DNA of 42,205 bases from Candidatus Aenigmarchaeota archaeon CG_4_9_14_3_um_filter_37_18. GTDB lineage: Archaea > Aenigmatarchaeota > Aenigmatarchaeia > CG10238-14. The stretch is taken from contig PFTQ01000065.1 in NCBI GenBank assembly GCA_002789635.1, positions 1-42,205 on the forward strand. The letters run 5' to 3'. Position numbers and translations under genes: made by a program. The notes beneath the pieces were generated by a model. It saw only the letters and a list, made by a program, of their open reading frames with translations. It was not told the origin of the DNA and searched no databases. Shown here piece after piece: positions 33,661 to 42,205 of this stretch (position 1 is the stretch's first letter; each line of letters starts with the position of its first letter).

Positions 33661-34038
33661 ATGGTCAAAAACAAACAGATTCAAGTTATATTATCCGAAG
33701 AAGCAGACGAGCAAATTATGAAACTAAATGAAATAGTTGGGGAAGAAATAAAGAGAGGTATAAAGAAATCTGAAAACCAAATACTACTAAAATCATCAAA
33801 AAGAGCTATTGATATTTTGAAATCAAACCCATTCGCGGGAACTCATGTCAAGAAATCACTCATGCCAGAAAAATACATCAAAAATTATGACGCTAGTAAT
33901 TTATGGAAATTCGATTTGTCTAATTTTTGGCGAATGATATACACAGTGAAAGGTAATGACATCGAAATAATTTCCTTTATTCTAGACATAGTCGACCATA
34001 ATACTTACAATAAAATATTTGGTTATAGGAAGAAGTGA
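33661..34038 (+). CDS. RelE/ParE-superfamily toxin-like protein
   Basis: NPFAG..V.K........L.K..L..FWRMIYTVKGNDIEIISFILDIVDHNTYNK matches the RelE/ParE C-terminal pattern. ATG 33661 is preferred over the TTG at 33634. Confidence 0.55.
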   Translation: MVKNKQIQVILSEEADEQIMKLNEIVGEEIKRGIKKSENQILLKSSKRAIDILKSNPFAGTHVKKSLMPEKYIKNYDASNLWKFDLSNFWRMIYTVKGNDIEIISFILDIVDHNTYNKIFGYRKK

Positions 34039-34084
34039 TGGAGATTTTTCAAGAAAATTTCATATCAATTCAACCTCTAATCAC

Positions 34085-34092
34085 TTATAAGT
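34085..34092 (+). promoter_or_regulatory. TATA-like TTATAAGT 31 nt upstream of the ABCE1 ATG (probable leaderless transcript)
   Basis: The same octamer sits at the same 31-nt spacing as at 31922..31929 upstream of the KH gene. There is no purine-rich RBS in between. Confidence 0.4.
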
Positions 34093-34115
34093 TTTCATAA
34101 TCATTAATTCTACTC

Positions 34116-35891
34116 ATGACAAGGATAGCAATAATCAACCGAGAGCTATGCAAGAAGGATAAATGCGGGTACCTATGCAAGAAAGTATGCCCCATCAACC
34201 GGACAAACGAAGAATGCATAGTCGTAGATGAGAAGACTGGATTTCCAATCATCGACGAGGGCTTATGCATAGGCTGCGGTCTATGCGTGAGCAAATGCGA
34301 CAAAGCCGAGTACAAGGCTATTCATGTGGTCAACCTCCCTGAACAACTCAAGGAAAGCCCTATCCACCGTTTTGGCAAGAACCAATTCATCCTTTACAGG
34401 CTGCCATTTCCCAGCCCTGGAAAGATCGTGGGCCTGGTCGGGTCGAACGGTCTTGGAAAAACGACAGCATTGGAAATACTTTCTGGCCAGCTTAAGCCTA
34501 ATCTTGGAGGGGAAAAAGAGTCCAGCATATCTGAAGTGGTCAAGATGTACAGGGGAACAGAGCTGCAGAACTATCTTGAAAGACTAGAAAACAAACAGAT
34601 GAGAGTCTCCTACAAGCTTCAGCGGGTCGACAAAATACCATCCGCATTCAAGGGAAAAGTCTCAAAACTCCTTGAAAAAACAGATGAGCGCGGCATCTTG
34701 AATGACTTAACAAAAAGGTTTGATATTGAAAGAATCCTGGACAATGATATCGATAAAATATCCGGAGGAGAATTGCAAAGAGTGGCAATAACAGCCTCGC
34801 TGGCAAAAGACGCTGATATCTACTATTTTGACGAGCCTACTAGTTTTCTTGATGTTTTCCAAAGATTAGAAGTTTCAAAGACTATTCGCGAACTTTGCAA
34901 AGACAAGTCAGTTATAGTTGTTGATCATGATTTGGCAACATTGGATTTTCTTGCTGACAACATCCATATCTTCTACGGTGTGCCTGGTATTTATGGGATA
35001 GTTTCGGTTCCTTACTCAGTCAGGGTTGGGATTAATGCATTTTTAGATGGTTATATCAAAGAGGACAATGTAAGAATGAGGAAAGAATCTATTCACTTTC
35101 AGTCAACATTCATTGAACAGCAAGGTGGGATAGAACAGATAATAAGCTTTGAGAATATTAAAAAGAAACTTGGTAATTTTGAATTAACTGTAAAGGGCGG
35201 AGAGCTTTACAGACAGGAAGTGCTTGGGATATTGGGTGCTAACGCTCTAGGAAAAACAACTCTTGCGAGAATTCTGGCTGGAGAAATTAAATCAGACAGT
35301 GGTAAGATAAATGGTAAAATAAAGATTTCTTACAAATCCCAATATCCAAAAACAGATTTTGATGGGACTATACGTGAACTCCTAAAATCAGTAACAAATG
35401 AATTTGGAACAAGTGATTATAAATCAAGAATACTTCGACCTCTTGGCTTAGACAAACTCCTTGAAAAAAATGTTAACAAGCTTTCAGGAGGAGAGTTACA
35501 ACGTGTGGCAGTGGCTGTCTCCTTAAGCAAAAAATCTGATGTCTATCTTTTGGATGAACCTTCGGCTTTCATGGATGTAGAACAAAGGCTAAACCTTGCA
35601 AAAATGATAAGAAATCTGGTTGAGAAAGATGAGACCTCGGCTTTAATAATTGACCATGATCTTTTATTTTTAAGCCAGATTTCAGATAAGGCAATGGTGT
35701 TTCTTGGAAAACCAGGAAAACAAGGTTATACAGAAGAGCCAGAATCAGTTGAAAATGCATTTAATAGATTTTTAGAACAAGTTCAGGTCACCTTCAGGAA
35801 AGATTCCCAAACAGGAAGACCTAGGGCAAATAAATTGGAATCACAAATGGATCAAGAACAAAAAAGTAAAGGGAAATACTTCATGAGTTAA
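34116..35891 (+). CDS. abce1: ABCE1 / RNase L inhibitor-type ribosome-recycling ATPase
   Basis: N-terminal 4Fe-4S ferredoxin Cys clusters (CPINR, CIGCGLC) plus two ABC cassettes (GSNGLGKTT, LSGGELQR x2). Confidence 0.95.
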   Translation: MTRIAIINRELCKKDKCGYLCKKVCPINRTNEECIVVDEKTGFPIIDEGLCIGCGLCVSKCDKAEYKAIHVVNLPEQLKESPIHRFGKNQFILYRLPFPSPGKIVGLVGSNGLGKTTALEILSGQLKPNLGGEKESSISEVVKMYRGTELQNYLERLENKQMRVSYKLQRVDKIPSAFKGKVSKLLEKTDERGILNDLTKRFDIERILDNDIDKISGGELQRVAITASLAKDADIYYFDEPTSFLDVFQRLEVSKTIRELCKDKSVIVVDHDLATLDFLADNIHIFYGVPGIYGIVSVPYSVRVGINAFLDGYIKEDNVRMRKESIHFQSTFIEQQGGIEQIISFENIKKKLGNFELTVKGGELYRQEVLGILGANALGKTTLARILAGEIKSDSGKINGKIKISYKSQYPKTDFDGTIRELLKSVTNEFGTSDYKSRILRPLGLDKLLEKNVNKLSGGELQRVAVAVSLSKKSDVYLLDEPSAFMDVEQRLNLAKMIRNLVEKDETSALIIDHDLLFLSQISDKAMVFLGKPGKQGYTEEPESVENAFNRFLEQVQVTFRKDSQTGRPRANKLESQMDQEQKSKGKYFMS

Positions 35892-35928
35892 GTAGTTAAG
35901 AATATAAGTCAGAAGAATATTTGATAAT

Positions 35929-36318
35929 ATGTTTAAAAGAGGTGTGGGAATGAGTATTTTAGTTTTAATTCTAATCAGTGTGAGTTTAGGTGCAGTTGGA
36001 CAATCTTTACTTAAATATGGTTTAGATTCAATGGGAAAACTAGTTTTAAAAGACCTATTAGTTTTGAAGAATTTGATATCTTTTGCAACGAATATTTTCA
36101 TCATAGGCGGTTTATCACTTTATGTTCTCGCTACTGGTATTTGGTTTGTTGTGCTGTCAAATGCAGATATAAGTTATGCATATCCACTAGTTAGTTTGGG
36201 TTATATAATAACTGCAGTAATTGGTAGGTTTGTTTTTAATGAGAATTTAACAGTAATGAGAATAACTGGAATCGGTTTAATAATAGCAGGTGCTTATTTA
36301 GTTGGCTCGAAAATTTAG
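35929..36318 (+). CDS. Small EamA/SMR-like membrane transporter (ArnE/ArnF-like candidate flippase subunit)
   Basis: About 120 aa with four hydrophobic helices and an EamA-type ending (RITGIGLIIAGAYLV). The true start may be the ATG at 35950. Confidence 0.6.
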   Translation: MFKRGVGMSILVLILISVSLGAVGQSLLKYGLDSMGKLVLKDLLVLKNLISFATNIFIIGGLSLYVLATGIWFVVLSNADISYAYPLVSLGYIITAVIGRFVFNENLTVMRITGIGLIIAGAYLVGSKI

Positions 36319-37828
36319 AAAAAATATTATAAAAAAAACTCAAGAAATAGCTCCGTTTTTAATTTTATCAACAATGATTTTAGGATATTTTTTGGTTTTA
36401 AATATTCTTAGTATAGATAACTTGAACAGATTTAAGTACTCTGCTTTTGATATAGGTATATTCGATCAGGGAGTTTGGTTATTAAGCACTTTTGAAAAAG
36501 CTTTTGTTACAGTAAGAGGTTTACATATATTTGGTGATCATCTACAATTCATTCTTTTGTTTGTCACTCCATTTTACTGGATATGGAATAATATAAGGTT
36601 TTTGTTGATATTACAAACTTTTGGTTTAGCTATTGGAGCTGTCCCGATATATCTTTTAGCCAAACAAAAATTGAAAAATAAGTGGCTACCTTTAATATTT
36701 TCTTTTTGTTATTTAATGTACCCTGCTCTTCATTATCTTAATTTAGAAAATTTTCATCCATCTGCATTAGCTGTACCAATGATAATATTTTCATTTTATT
36801 TTCTAGAGAATAAGAAGTATAAACCTTTTTTAACATTTCTTTTTTTAGCTTTAATTTGTAAAGAAGAAATAGTAATAACTGCTTTTTTTATGGGGATTTA
36901 CACTTTTTTTAAACATAATAAGAAACTTGGCATTTCTATCTGTTTATTTTCTCTTATCTGGTTATTTTTAGTTTTCAAAGTCATACTTCCATTTTATAAT
37001 GATTTTGGTTATATCCATGTTGGATATGGTGCATTCGGGGAATTTGGAAAAAGTCCAACAGAAGCTATTTTTAATATGATAAAAAATCCAGCAAAAGTCG
37101 TCCAAAAAATAGCGACTGAACAAAATATTGAATATATTATAGATTTGTTTTTACCTACTGGATTTCTTTCTTTCTTTAGTCCAATAATCTTATTTTTAAG
37201 TTCTCCAGCAATATTTTTAAATTTAATTACTGGCTGGCCTTATGCACATTCTATTCAATATCACTATACAATTGCAATCATCCCTTTCATTTTCTTTTCC
37301 CTAATTTATGGATTTTCTTGGGTTAGAAAAAAAACAATGAAAATCAAAAAATATAATTTAAATAAAATTATACCCGTAATATTCATGGTAATTTTTTTAG
37401 TTTCTACAATCTATGGAAGTTTTGAGATAGATCACTACGATACATCAATCAGAAATATTGATAAACTTTTCAAATATAAAATAGGAGAATTTTTCAAAAA
37501 ACAGGAAAATGACAAAATTAGATATGAAGCTATATCTCTTATACCAGATAATACTTCAGTTTCAGCATCTTATCTATTACTTCCACATTTAACACATAGA
37601 AAAATAATTTACATGTTCCCAAATCCATTTGAAGAGTCTTATTGGGGTCTAATGTATGGAAATTTTACTCCATCTACACCAACTCTTGTTACTGATTACA
37701 TAATTGTAGATGATACTGTTAGTGATTCTGAAAAAGAAAGTATAATAGACCCATTCATAAATCAAAACCTGTATGAGGTTATTTTCAACGAGACTAACGT
37801 GATTGTCCTTAAAAAAACCTTGAATTAA
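36302..37828 (+). CDS. DUF2079-family polytopic membrane protein (GT-C-like putative glycosyltransferase)
   Basis: FDIGIFDQGVWLLS motif near the first loop and many TM helices. The TTG start at 36302 overlaps the preceding gene. Confidence 0.75.
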   Translation: MARKFRKNIIKKTQEIAPFLILSTMILGYFLVLNILSIDNLNRFKYSAFDIGIFDQGVWLLSTFEKAFVTVRGLHIFGDHLQFILLFVTPFYWIWNNIRFLLILQTFGLAIGAVPIYLLAKQKLKNKWLPLIFSFCYLMYPALHYLNLENFHPSALAVPMIIFSFYFLENKKYKPFLTFLFLALICKEEIVITAFFMGIYTFFKHNKKLGISICLFSLIWLFLVFKVILPFYNDFGYIHVGYGAFGEFGKSPTEAIFNMIKNPAKVVQKIATEQNIEYIIDLFLPTGFLSFFSPIILFLSSPAIFLNLITGWPYAHSIQYHYTIAIIPFIFFSLIYGFSWVRKKTMKIKKYNLNKIIPVIFMVIFLVSTIYGSFEIDHYDTSIRNIDKLFKYKIGEFFKKQENDKIRYEAISLIPDNTSVSASYLLLPHLTHRKIIYMFPNPFEESYWGLMYGNFTPSTPTLVTDYIIVDDTVSDSEKESIIDPFINQNLYEVIFNETNVIVLKKTLN

Positions 37829-38014
37829 AACTAGGTATTACTATGAGAAATGGAAAAGAACTTAAAAAAATAGCAATTGAATTTAGTATTTTGATTTTTT
37901 GATCATTTTATCATTTGGTCTCTTGAATGTTATGTTTGAGATAAAACCTTCCAGAAGTATTTTATTGCCAATATTATTTTTAATTTCTTTATTTGTAAAA
38001 AAATGTCAAGAAAA

Positions 38015-38662
38015 TCATCTCAACCCAAATTTAAGTTCAAAAATATATCTTATTATCCTGAATGCTTCTGAAGCTGAAGATGTTGGTTTACCAGCCTTTC
38101 TTTTCTCAAAAACTATCGGAACCTCATAAATTTTATAGCCTTTCTTTTTTGCTTTATACATTATTTCTAGGTTTATTTTAAAACCAAGTGGGTTAATTCT
38201 CAAATTATCATAAACTTCTCTTTTGATTGCAGCAAAACCCGACATATTATCTTTTATCTTTAACCCAAGAACTAAAGAAGCAAAGTTTCTGTATACCCAA
38301 CTAATTAACCTTCTATGTGTTTTGTCATTTGTTAACCCACCTTTCACAAATCTTGATCCAATAACTATATCAAAACTATTAATTTTTTTTAGCAATTTTA
38401 GTATATCTTCTGGTCTATGACTAAAATCTCCATCAATAGTTACTATAACATCCCCTTTTGCGTGATTAAGTCCTTCCATTATAGCATTCCCAAGTCCTTT
38501 GGATTTTTGTTTTATCACTTTTGCCCCGGGAATCTCTTCAATTTCTCCAAACTCTACTATAATAACTTCATGATCTAGGCTTTTCAGATTTTTATGAATT
38601 TCATATGTCAGTTCCCTCAAAAGTGGTTCATTTTTTGATGGTATTAAAACTGATATTTTCAT
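38015..38662 (-). CDS. GT2 glycosyltransferase, Dpm1/ArnC-like polyprenyl-phosphate sugar synthase
   Basis: ISVLIPSKNE, DGDFSHRPEDI, about 215 aa and no TM domain. Confidence 0.82.
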   Translation of the reverse strand: MKISVLIPSKNEPLLRELTYEIHKNLKSLDHEVIIVEFGEIEEIPGAKVIKQKSKGLGNAIMEGLNHAKGDVIVTIDGDFSHRPEDILKLLKKINSFDIVIGSRFVKGGLTNDKTHRRLISWVYRNFASLVLGLKIKDNMSGFAAIKREVYDNLRINPLGFKINLEIMYKAKKKGYKIYEVPIVFEKRKAGKPTSSASEAFRIIRYIFELKFGLR

Positions 38663-38716
38663 GGGAATATATAGTTTATAATAACTTTTAAGCTTTATTG
38701 TATATTAATAATTATT

Positions 38717-39412
38717 ATGAAGTCTTTCACGGTAATAATTCCGGTCTACAATGAGGAAAAATTAATAGTTAAAAATACATATAAATTAATAAAATTTCTT
38801 AGAAAAATAACAGAAAATTTCGAAGTAATAATTGTGAATAATGGTAGCATTGATAAAACAGTTGAACTTGGGAAGAGTCTTGAGAAAAAATATCCTAAAA
38901 AATTCAAGATTTTGTCTATAAAAGAAAAGGGACATGTTGGTTTTGCTTTTAGGAAAGGTGTGGAAAATTCAATTTATGATAAGATAATTTCTCTTGATAT
39001 GGATTTAAGTATAGGCCTTGATTTTGTCCCAAAATGCATTGAACTCCTTGATGATTACAGTATAGTAATAGGAGCTAAGAAAGTTGGTAAACAAAATAGG
39101 AAATGGTTCAGAGTTTTTACAAGTAACATTTTTATCTGGTTAACAAGAAGTGTTTTGGGGATAGACTATGATGATTATTCAATGGCTGCAAAAGGTTACA
39201 GAAAAAAAGATATACAGAGATACTTAAATTACATTGATAAAGAATCGGCATATGTTTTTGAACTCATATATTGGGTAAAGAAAGAAAATAAAAAAATAAT
39301 CCAAATACCTACTTCATGTCATGACACCAGAAAAAGTAAATTCAATATACTAAATGAATCAGTCTATCGTTTTAAAAATCTAATAAATTTATGGTTATTC
39401 AAGAGAGTGTAG
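38717..39412 (+). CDS. GT2 family glycosyltransferase
   Basis: FTVIIPVYNEE, NNGSIDKT and LDMDL motifs. Confidence 0.78.
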   Translation: MKSFTVIIPVYNEEKLIVKNTYKLIKFLRKITENFEVIIVNNGSIDKTVELGKSLEKKYPKKFKILSIKEKGHVGFAFRKGVENSIYDKIISLDMDLSIGLDFVPKCIELLDDYSIVIGAKKVGKQNRKWFRVFTSNIFIWLTRSVLGIDYDDYSMAAKGYRKKDIQRYLNYIDKESAYVFELIYWVKKENKKIIQIPTSCHDTRKSKFNILNESVYRFKNLINLWLFKRV

Positions 39413-41466
39413 ATGATCAAGAATAAAATTCCGATAAAAGTTAAAATCTTTCCAAAAATTTCCCAAAAACCGGAACCATAATATAAAGTAACATTCTCAT
39501 CATTGGGTATTATTAACATAAATGAAGGGGAAACAAGATAAACCTTTTCTGCCCCTTTAACTTTCCAATTTGGGTGATAAGAAACTTTAACAATATGTGG
39601 TGCTCCAATACAATCAGTTTTAAAAAATATCTCTTCATTCATAATTTCTTCTTGAATATTACAATTATTCTTTGTTGAGACTTTTTCAATATCCTTTAAT
39701 TCTGTAATTTTTTGATAATTAAATGAATCATCTTTGGTGTAAATTATTGGGACATCTAGATACTCTTCTTTCTCGAACCATTCATAGAAAAATTTTTTCC
39801 AGTCACCTGAATAGGCAACTGGTTGATAATCTGGAACATATACGTAATTATTTTTGTTTGTTGTTAATTCATATATACTTAGGTCACCAGATTCTTTAAC
39901 TAGTTTATATTGAGTATAATTTTTCAATTCTTCCTTTACTTCATCACTTATCGCAATAAAGTCTTTTACATTAAACATTTCTAAATGCTTAGTTCCCATA
40001 GTAAAATTACGTTGAGTACATGGAAAAGTTCTCCAAAAAGGACATGAATTCTCTTTTGATATTTCCGACTGAATATAAAAAATGTATGGTGAGGAAATAG
40101 AAGATTGCATAAATAAACCCTCTAATGTCGACCTCCCTGAAAATAAAGGCAATGATTCAAATGCCCTTGATGTTCCGTATTGATTATGTTTGCTCGAGTG
40201 TTCATAAACAACCCTAGGGTCTGATTGGTCTCCTTTGAGAAAATCATTAATTTCTTTGTAGTCAAACCATGTACTTTTTTCTTCAAATCCTTCGTAATTC
40301 CATTTTATCCAGTGAGGTATAAAACCAACATTTTCCTGTAAAAACCAAGCAATTATAAAGAATATAATTAATGGTAAAATCCACAATAATTTAAATTTTT
40401 TATCTATTTTTATTTTTTTAAACTTTATACTAAACAAAGATACGGGAATTATCATTACCAGACATTGAAAGAACGGAGCAAATCTTATATTAACGAGGTG
40501 AATTGGTTCTGCTATATAAAATAAAAAGATTGCACAAAGAACCGAAAATCCTAGATACAAAATCTTTTCTTCTTTTTTTATTAAACCTGTAACAACAGTT
40601 AGTATGGTCAACCCAAGAAATATGTTTAGTGGTAATGGGAATATTTCGTTAAAACTTACCTTCCAAAAATCAGCATATGTTGTTGTATATTTCATATTCA
40701 TTATAAAAGGCAGTGACCAAAAAGAAAGCAATAAAAAGGCAATTAAATAAGTTTTAAACACATAAATGAAATTCTTAATAAAATTTTCTTTATTCAGTAA
40801 TTCTTTTACCAGAAAAAATCCAGTACATAAAACAGCAAATATTCCTGGTATTATATGTGTTAAAACTATCAATGTAAATATAACAGAATTCAAAATCCAA
40901 TGTTTATTTTCTTTTATTCCTTTGTAAAAAGTTCCAAGATAAAGAATAACTAACGAGAAACTAAAACTATATGAAAATTCACCTGCTAAGGTACTAGGTA
41001 TATTTCCTCCCCACATGGAATTTGCTTCCATGAAGAGGAATGGTAAGATCAAAATAGCAGCTATTATTGGAAGAGGAAATTTAAATTTCATGAATTTAAA
41101 ACAAAAATAGGTCATTAATGGCAAAAGAAAAGTCCCCATAAGTGTTACTATTTTAAAAGCAATTTCTAGTGGAATGATATAACTCATTATAACCATCAAA
41201 AAAAAACATGGAAAGAAATAAAATTGAAACATTGGCATTCCACCATACCACCCAGGAGCCCACCCAACAAACTTAAATTTTGGCATTAAATAATCTTTCA
41301 TATATTTTGCTGGATAATAATCTGAAGCCATATCTCCTCCGGAAGTTATAGTTTTCATAAGAATGTACTTTATATCAATAAAACTGAGAATTAGAAAAAA
41401 AACTAGAGTTAGGATTATAATATCAACAAAGATTTTTTTATTCTTTAAAATTTTCATTCTTTTCAC
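39364..41466 (-). CDS. Large polytopic membrane protein, PTPS-related/GT-C-like
   Basis: WAPGWYGGMPMFQFYFFP motif after the first TM, about 12 TM helices, then a large soluble C-terminal domain. Confidence 0.7.
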   Translation of the reverse strand: MKRMKILKNKKIFVDIIILTLVFFLILSFIDIKYILMKTITSGGDMASDYYPAKYMKDYLMPKFKFVGWAPGWYGGMPMFQFYFFPCFFLMVIMSYIIPLEIAFKIVTLMGTFLLPLMTYFCFKFMKFKFPLPIIAAILILPFLFMEANSMWGGNIPSTLAGEFSYSFSFSLVILYLGTFYKGIKENKHWILNSVIFTLIVLTHIIPGIFAVLCTGFFLVKELLNKENFIKNFIYVFKTYLIAFLLLSFWSLPFIMNMKYTTTYADFWKVSFNEIFPLPLNIFLGLTILTVVTGLIKKEEKILYLGFSVLCAIFLFYIAEPIHLVNIRFAPFFQCLVMIIPVSLFSIKFKKIKIDKKFKLLWILPLIIFFIIAWFLQENVGFIPHWIKWNYEGFEEKSTWFDYKEINDFLKGDQSDPRVVYEHSSKHNQYGTSRAFESLPLFSGRSTLEGLFMQSSISSPYIFYIQSEISKENSCPFWRTFPCTQRNFTMGTKHLEMFNVKDFIAISDEVKEELKNYTQYKLVKESGDLSIYELTTNKNNYVYVPDYQPVAYSGDWKKFFYEWFEKEEYLDVPIIYTKDDSFNYQKITELKDIEKVSTKNNCNIQEEIMNEEIFFKTDCIGAPHIVKVSYHPNWKVKGAEKVYLVSPSFMLIIPNDENVTLYYGSGFWEIFGKILTFIGILFLIIYTLLNNHKFIRFLKR

Positions 41467-42205
41467 GTATAAATTTAAAATTTATCTTGTTTTTCAATAA
41501 ATAAAAAACTAGAATAATTATAGATAAAGTTAATCCAACAATTGGTAACCATTTAGGTAAACTAAGTACATTACTTCCTTCAACAATCCTAACCATACCG
41601 CTAGCTAAACTAGAGTAATGATAATCATCCTCATATTCAATTGAAGCTAGAATAACATAACTACTTCCTTCCAAACCAGCAAAGTTAGAAATTTTGAATA
41701 TAATTTCTTCTTCTTTTTTTGAGCCCACATTAATATTTTTTTCAGTTATATCTGATGAAAGTTCATTTGGCAAGATTAGTTTGACATCTACATTATGGTC
41801 AACTTGATCCATATTCTTAAGTTTCAAAACAAGATTTTTACTTCTTTTTTCACTAAGTTCAATATTCTCAAAAATTCCATTAATTCTTGAAGAATAAGGA
41901 TTTTTGTAAGTCAGGGTAACAGGAGAAATTGAAGAGAAAGGATAACCATTTGCATCTGTGTATTCAGTCAATAAGACAACAGGATAGTTACCTTCTTTGA
42001 GATTATTTGTAGCAACAACAGACATTTCAGTTTCATATGGTTTATTGACATCTAGGGTACCAACATGAACAGGCTGAGAAGAAAAATTATCAGTGATCAA
42101 TGAGACTTGAACATTATATGCTGACTCATCACCAGAATTGCTCAGAGAAACTTGGATCTGGCCTTGATTTTTAGAAAGAACATCAGTAGTAACAGATGTA
42201 GTCAA
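41438..42205 (-). CDS. Cell-surface protein with a C-terminal TM anchor (partial; N-terminus lies outside the window)
   Basis: Beta-rich repeats resembling CARDB/COG1361 S-layer-like domains (NSGDESAYNVQVSL), plus the C-terminal anchor LPIVGLTLSIIILVFYLL. The ORF runs off the window edge. Confidence 0.6.
   Translation of the reverse strand: MTTSVTTDVLSKNQGQIQVSLSNSGDESAYNVQVSLITDNFSSQPVHVGTLDVNKPYETEMSVVATNNLKEGNYPVVLLTEYTDANGYPFSSISPVTLTYKNPYSSRINGIFENIELSEKRSKNLVLKLKNMDQVDHNVDVKLILPNELSSDITEKNINVGSKKEEEIIFKISNFAGLEGSSYVILASIEYEDDYHYSSLASGMVRIVEGSNVLSLPKWLPIVGLTLSIIILVFYLLKNKINFKFIREKNENFKE

Overview
This is a low-GC archaeal chromosomal segment. A DPANN-type lineage is an inference from the gene content, the compact spacing and the lysine/glutamate-rich tails on ribosomal proteins.

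Housekeeping backbone:
- tRNA-Arg(TCT).
- Archaeal PheRS alpha and beta subunits. The beta subunit carries a C-terminal AlaX-like editing domain.
- TrpRS directly abutted by a YbaK/ProX deacylase.
- S6e, aIF2-gamma, an Fcf1-like PIN protein, a K+-independent-type H+-pyrophosphatase, Rpo7/RpoE', Spt4, L31e and ABCE1.
- MinD, a circularly permuted GTPase and an HD hydrolase.

Accessory content:
1. A repeat-rich left end. It holds a lipoprotein gene flanked by inverted repeats, a GC-elevated structured element and a Bro-N/DinD-like gene next to the tRNA.
2. A Ddl-like ATP-grasp gene coupled to a large uncharacterised protein with PP-loop-like and C-x2-C-x2-C signatures.
3. A co-directional array: wHTH, Asp/Glu racemase, GNAT, YkgJ Cys-cluster protein and an unknown ORF.
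4. A small toxin-antitoxin/defence-like island between L31e and ABCE1.
5. A markedly AT-richer surface-glycosylation island: a small EamA/SMR-like transporter, DUF2079, two GT2 genes, a PTPS-related GT-C-like membrane protein and a surface protein.

The best candidate for something new lies in the island between L31e and ABCE1. It is a 1.74-kb four-gene nucleotidyltransferase-HEPN cassette bracketed by 35-bp perfect direct repeats. Those repeats duplicate the core promoter and start codon of the adjacent KH-domain gene.

No CRISPR array, rRNA, integrase or transposase was seen. All functional calls come from motif and family recognition by eye, with no database search.
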